From Synechocystis sp. PCC 6803 substr. PCC-P (GTDB taxonomy: Bacteria > Cyanobacteriota > Cyanobacteriia > Cyanobacteriales > Microcystaceae): a DNA stretch of 32,000 bases. This document shows, one piece after another, positions 29,127-32,000 of this stretch. A program made the position numbers and the translations under genes. Location of the stretch: assembly GCF_000284455.1 (NCBI RefSeq), contig NC_017039.1, positions 3,390,001 to 3,422,000 of the forward strand, given 5' to 3'. Positions within the stretch are counted from its first letter, which is position 1; the number at the start of each line of letters is the position of its first letter. Under the pieces are notes generated by a model. It made no database searches and was not told the DNA's origin. It was given only the letters and a program-made list of their open reading frames with translations.

Positions 29127-29675
29127 AACGAAGAAGCATGGGGAAGGAGATGATTGACGCTTGTGCTAGAATCAAACGTCAATAGATAACAGTAACAAGT
29201 CAGCCTAATTTTTATTTCTTCAATACGCCCTGAATTTTCTGAACGGTGGCGTGGAGGGAACAGAAAGCGGGGGAACCAATTCTGGGGCTTATTTCTAAGT
29301 AAATTAGAAAGGAAAAACTCTCATTTCTAGCCCGTCAGCTAACCCCGTAGGCATTGAGGGAGGACTAATAAATCATCATTGTTTAACGATGTTTTGACTT
29401 TATTCAGGAACTCAGCTACAGACGCGACTGTTATTTCATCCTGTTCTAAATAAAGTTGAGATTGATGATGGAAGAATCTTTTCATTAATTTTTGTTCATA
29501 TTTGCCACTGGCTGGGGAAAAGTTTTTGACTCCTCGTTTTGTGCCAGTTACAGCCTAGTTATGTCGTGGCCTAGTTTTTTGTGGACTAAAAACCATGGCT
29601 ACTGCCTTTGGGCTAATTCTTTTGCAATTTTTACTTAATCACGGCTTAGTTTAATTTTAATCTTCCGGAGGTTTT

Positions 29676-31025
29676 ATGGTAGCTAATCTGCCTGCTTTAT
29701 TCTCCCTAGGAGTTTTTGTCGGCGTTATTCTCCTAATCATGTCCGAGAAAATCCACCTTACCATAGCGGCTTTTTTAGGGGCATTAATCCTAGTTTTTAC
29801 CCATGTAATTACCCTCAAGGAGGGCATTGATTACATCAGTCAGAGTTATGCCACCTTAGCATTATTTTTTGGCGTAATGGTCTTGGTTAGATCCTTTGAG
29901 CCGACTAAAATTTTTGAGTATTTAGCCACCCAAATGGTGCTGCTGGCTAAGGGAAGTGGCAAACTTCTCATGTTAGGGGTAATTGCGATTACGACTCCCA
30001 TCTGTGCGGTGTTGCCCAATGCCACCACCGTTATGTTGTTAGCGCCCTTAATTCCCCCCTTAGCCCAGGAAATTGGTGTAGATTTTGTGCCTATCTTGAT
30101 TCTGATGGTCTTTGTAGCTAACAGTGCTGGGTTATTAACATTGGTGGGGGATCCCGCCACCTTTATTGTCGGTGATGCCATTAATATTAGTTTTAATGAT
30201 TATTTATTTAAGCTCAGCTTCATGGGAGTTTTAGCCATTGTTAGCATTGTGGTTATTACTCCTTTTTTGTTCCGACATATTTGGCGCAGTCGTTTCACTC
30301 ATTTAGAGGATTTACCCCATCCTCAAATCAACCACCCGAAGGTATTAATGGCGGGGGGGGTTATTATCACTTTAGTGCTGATTTTTTTCGTTATTGGAGA
30401 AAGTCTGCCCGTTCCTATTCCGCCGGCCTCAGTAGCTTTGATGGGAGCTTGTTTGGCATTACTCCTCGCTAGCCAGAGCAAAATTGACACTGTCCATAAT
30501 ATTTTACGGGACGTGGATTGGAGCACTCTCATCTTTTTTATGTCTATCTTTGTCATTATTGGCTCTTTAGAAAAAACCGGAGTGACCGCGTCCCTTGCCC
30601 AACTTTTGGCAGTGGTGGTGGGACAAAATATCGCCTTTGGGGCGATTGTTTTAGTATTTACAGTGGGGTTGTTATCCAGTGTGGTGCCCAATATTCCCCT
30701 AGTAGTGGCCATGGTGCCCCTGCTCAAGCAATATGTGGTCAATATCGGCTTTGCCGGACCAGAAATATTGGGTGCAAACTTTGATGGACAATTGCCGGCG
30801 GAGGTATTGCCTTTGTTTTATGCCATGATGTTTGGCGCTACCCTGGGGGGCAATGGCACTTTGGTGGGAGCTTCTTCTAATATTGTGGCGGCGGGCATTT
30901 CCGAACAACACGGCCGACCAATTTCTTTCCATCGTTTTCTCCGCTATGGTTTGCCGGTGATGGCGGTGCAGTTGGTGGTAGCGGCTTTATTTGTGGCTTG
31001 GTTAATGTTTACCCAACAGGGTTAA
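29676..31025 (+). CDS. ArsB/NhaD-superfamily (P-protein / CitMHS-like) anion permease
   Basis: 449-aa polytopic ORF (10 or more hydrophobic helices) preceded by GGAGG. The internal two-fold organisation, with a hydrophilic linker (RHIWRSRFTHLEDLPHPQINHPK), is typical of this superfamily. Confidence 0.7.
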   Translation: MVANLPALFSLGVFVGVILLIMSEKIHLTIAAFLGALILVFTHVITLKEGIDYISQSYATLALFFGVMVLVRSFEPTKIFEYLATQMVLLAKGSGKLLMLGVIAITTPICAVLPNATTVMLLAPLIPPLAQEIGVDFVPILILMVFVANSAGLLTLVGDPATFIVGDAINISFNDYLFKLSFMGVLAIVSIVVITPFLFRHIWRSRFTHLEDLPHPQINHPKVLMAGGVIITLVLIFFVIGESLPVPIPPASVALMGACLALLLASQSKIDTVHNILRDVDWSTLIFFMSIFVIIGSLEKTGVTASLAQLLAVVVGQNIAFGAIVLVFTVGLLSSVVPNIPLVVAMVPLLKQYVVNIGFAGPEILGANFDGQLPAEVLPLFYAMMFGATLGGNGTLVGASSNIVAAGISEQHGRPISFHRFLRYGLPVMAVQLVVAALFVAWLMFTQQG

Positions 31026-31037
31026 AAATAAGAAAGC

Positions 31038-31292
31038 TTAATTGGACTTTGCCTGGGAATTGGGTGAATGATCTAGCTCCATGGCGATCGCCTGACGCAC
31101 CAAACGGGGATAGGCCAGGAGAAAGTACCACCACCAGAGGGCAATGGCAGCGGCCACAGGTAAGGACAACCACCATCGGTGGAACAGCAACCAACTAGAG
31201 GCAATAATTACTGACCCAGTGAGCAAAATTGTCCAAGGCTGACACCAACGGGGCTTATCTGACCAAACGTTATAACCTTCAGGATTACTCAT
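31038..31292 (-). CDS. Small Trp-rich membrane protein (conserved hypothetical)
   Basis: 84-aa ORF with two hydrophobic helices (WTILLTGSVIIASSWLLF, LPVAAAIALWWWYFLLAY) and one HIP1 site. Convergent with the permease, with a 12-bp gap. Confidence 0.5.
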   Translation of the reverse strand: MSNPEGYNVWSDKPRWCQPWTILLTGSVIIASSWLLFHRWWLSLPVAAAIALWWWYFLLAYPRLVRQAIAMELDHSPNSQAKSN

Positions 31293-31310
31293 GTTTTTTT
31301 TCGATTAATT

Positions 31311-32000
31311 TTAATAATTTTTGATCATTAACTCTTTACCTTTGGAAGCTTTGTCTTGTTTGTAATTGTTCATCCCATATTGTAAATCCCATTCAATAAT
31401 CTGGGCAAAACTAAATAATTTTCTGATTTCCTCGGAATCATCATAGGTAATCAGCCATTTATGAGAACAATTTTCCATCACTTCAGCAAATCTTTGATGA
31501 CCAAAAGAAGTGTGTAAATCCCCCTTTTTACCATAGAGTTTCGATTTAGTCGCGCTCAGATAGGGAGGATCAAGAAAAATAAACACGTTCTCTCCTGGCT
31601 GTTCAATTAATTGTTGATAATCCCCATTGGTAACAGTCGTATTAGCTAACATTGTTCCCAGAGTTTTTAATCTATCAATGGAAGAATCGGTAAAACGTTT
31701 TTCAAACGCCTGTTGAGAATAGCCTCCAGATTCCACCGTGCCAGAAAAAGTAATGCGATTCAGCACAAAAAAACGCACTGCCCGCTGGAATTCGTCCAAC
31801 TCTAACCCTTCTTTTGTTAAGTTGGCAAAAAGTTCTCTCCCGTCGGTTTGGTGTTGTTTAATTACTGTGACTGCATCAGTTAGCCGTTCAATTTCCTCCT
31901 GGGCGTATTTCCAGAAACAATATAAATCAAAATTTAAGTCGTTAATCCAATACTTATTAATGTGCTGACCAAAAATTTGCTTGATGGCTAAAAAGACAGA
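31311..32000 (-). CDS. Dam-class (D12 / MethyltransfD12) DNA methyltransferase, 5'-truncated by the window edge
   Basis: My translation of the minus strand is open from 32000: SVFLAIKQIFGQHINKYWINDLNFDLYCFWKYAQ... (Dam-like xNDxN region), then FFVLNRITFSGT, then the catalytic FIFLDPPY. The ORF-track start at 31799 is only an internal TTG. No nuclease gene is adjacent within the window. Confidence 0.8.
   Translation of the reverse strand, partial: SVFLAIKQIFGQHINKYWINDLNFDLYCFWKYAQEEIERLTDAVTVIKQHQTDGRELFANLTKEGLELDEFQRAVRFFVLNRITFSGTVESGGYSQQAFEKRFTDSSIDRLKTLGTMLANTTVTNGDYQQLIEQPGENVFIFLDPPYLSATKSKLYGKKGDLHTSFGHQRFAEVMENCSHKWLITYDDSEEIRKLFSFAQIIEWDLQYGMNNYKQDKASKGKELMIKNY

Noticed and set aside
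31311-32000. Calling the methyltransferase part of a restriction-modification defence system
   Set aside because: No endonuclease-like ORF lies within the window. The downstream neighbour is an 84-aa membrane protein. The upstream side is outside the window, so only an orphan status can be suggested.

Overview
The window reads as a cyanobacterial chromosome. The HIP1 octamer GCGATCGC occurs at least 32 times, about once per kb. Gene content and order match my recollection of Synechocystis sp. PCC 6803; any locus tags I give are from memory and unverified.

Left to right:
- A co-directional minus-strand block: DevC-like permease, DevB-like membrane-fusion protein, 6-phosphogluconolactonase, and an 832-aa protein ending in a CPBP/Abi intramembrane-protease domain.
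- Two small hypothetical ORFs.
- The green/red light-sensing module: ccaS (uninterrupted, 753 codons), a 147-aa receiver-like ORF, cpcG2/cpcL, a 238-bp control region with tandem 11-bp G-box repeats, and ccaR.
- An IS630-family (ISY100-like) element whose transposase is frameshifted in an A8 run.
- leuC.
- A REC-EAL response regulator followed by the glucosylglycerol genes stpA and ggtA.
- A GH57 / GHL10-like glycan gene pair, then a conserved membrane protein.
- chlL and chlN, separated by a DUF559-type endonuclease pseudogene bracketed by inverted GC-hairpin repeats.
- A YRG-repeat (DUF4278-like) protein, a TPR protein and enolase.
- A Tat-signal protein carrying beta-carbonic-anhydrase zinc-ligand motifs.
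- An ArsB/NhaD-type permease, a small membrane protein, and a Dam-class DNA methyltransferase that runs off the right edge.

I saw no rRNA, tRNA or CRISPR array, and no obvious defence island.

The best-supported system is CcaS/CcaR/cpcG2, which is already described. The candidates for less-described biology are:
- the receiver-like ORF inside that module;
- the DUF559 cassette splitting chlL and chlN;
- the Tat-targeted beta-CA-like protein;
- the large exoplasmic-domain/CPBP fusion protein.

All coordinates and counts were made by eye, so they need computational confirmation.
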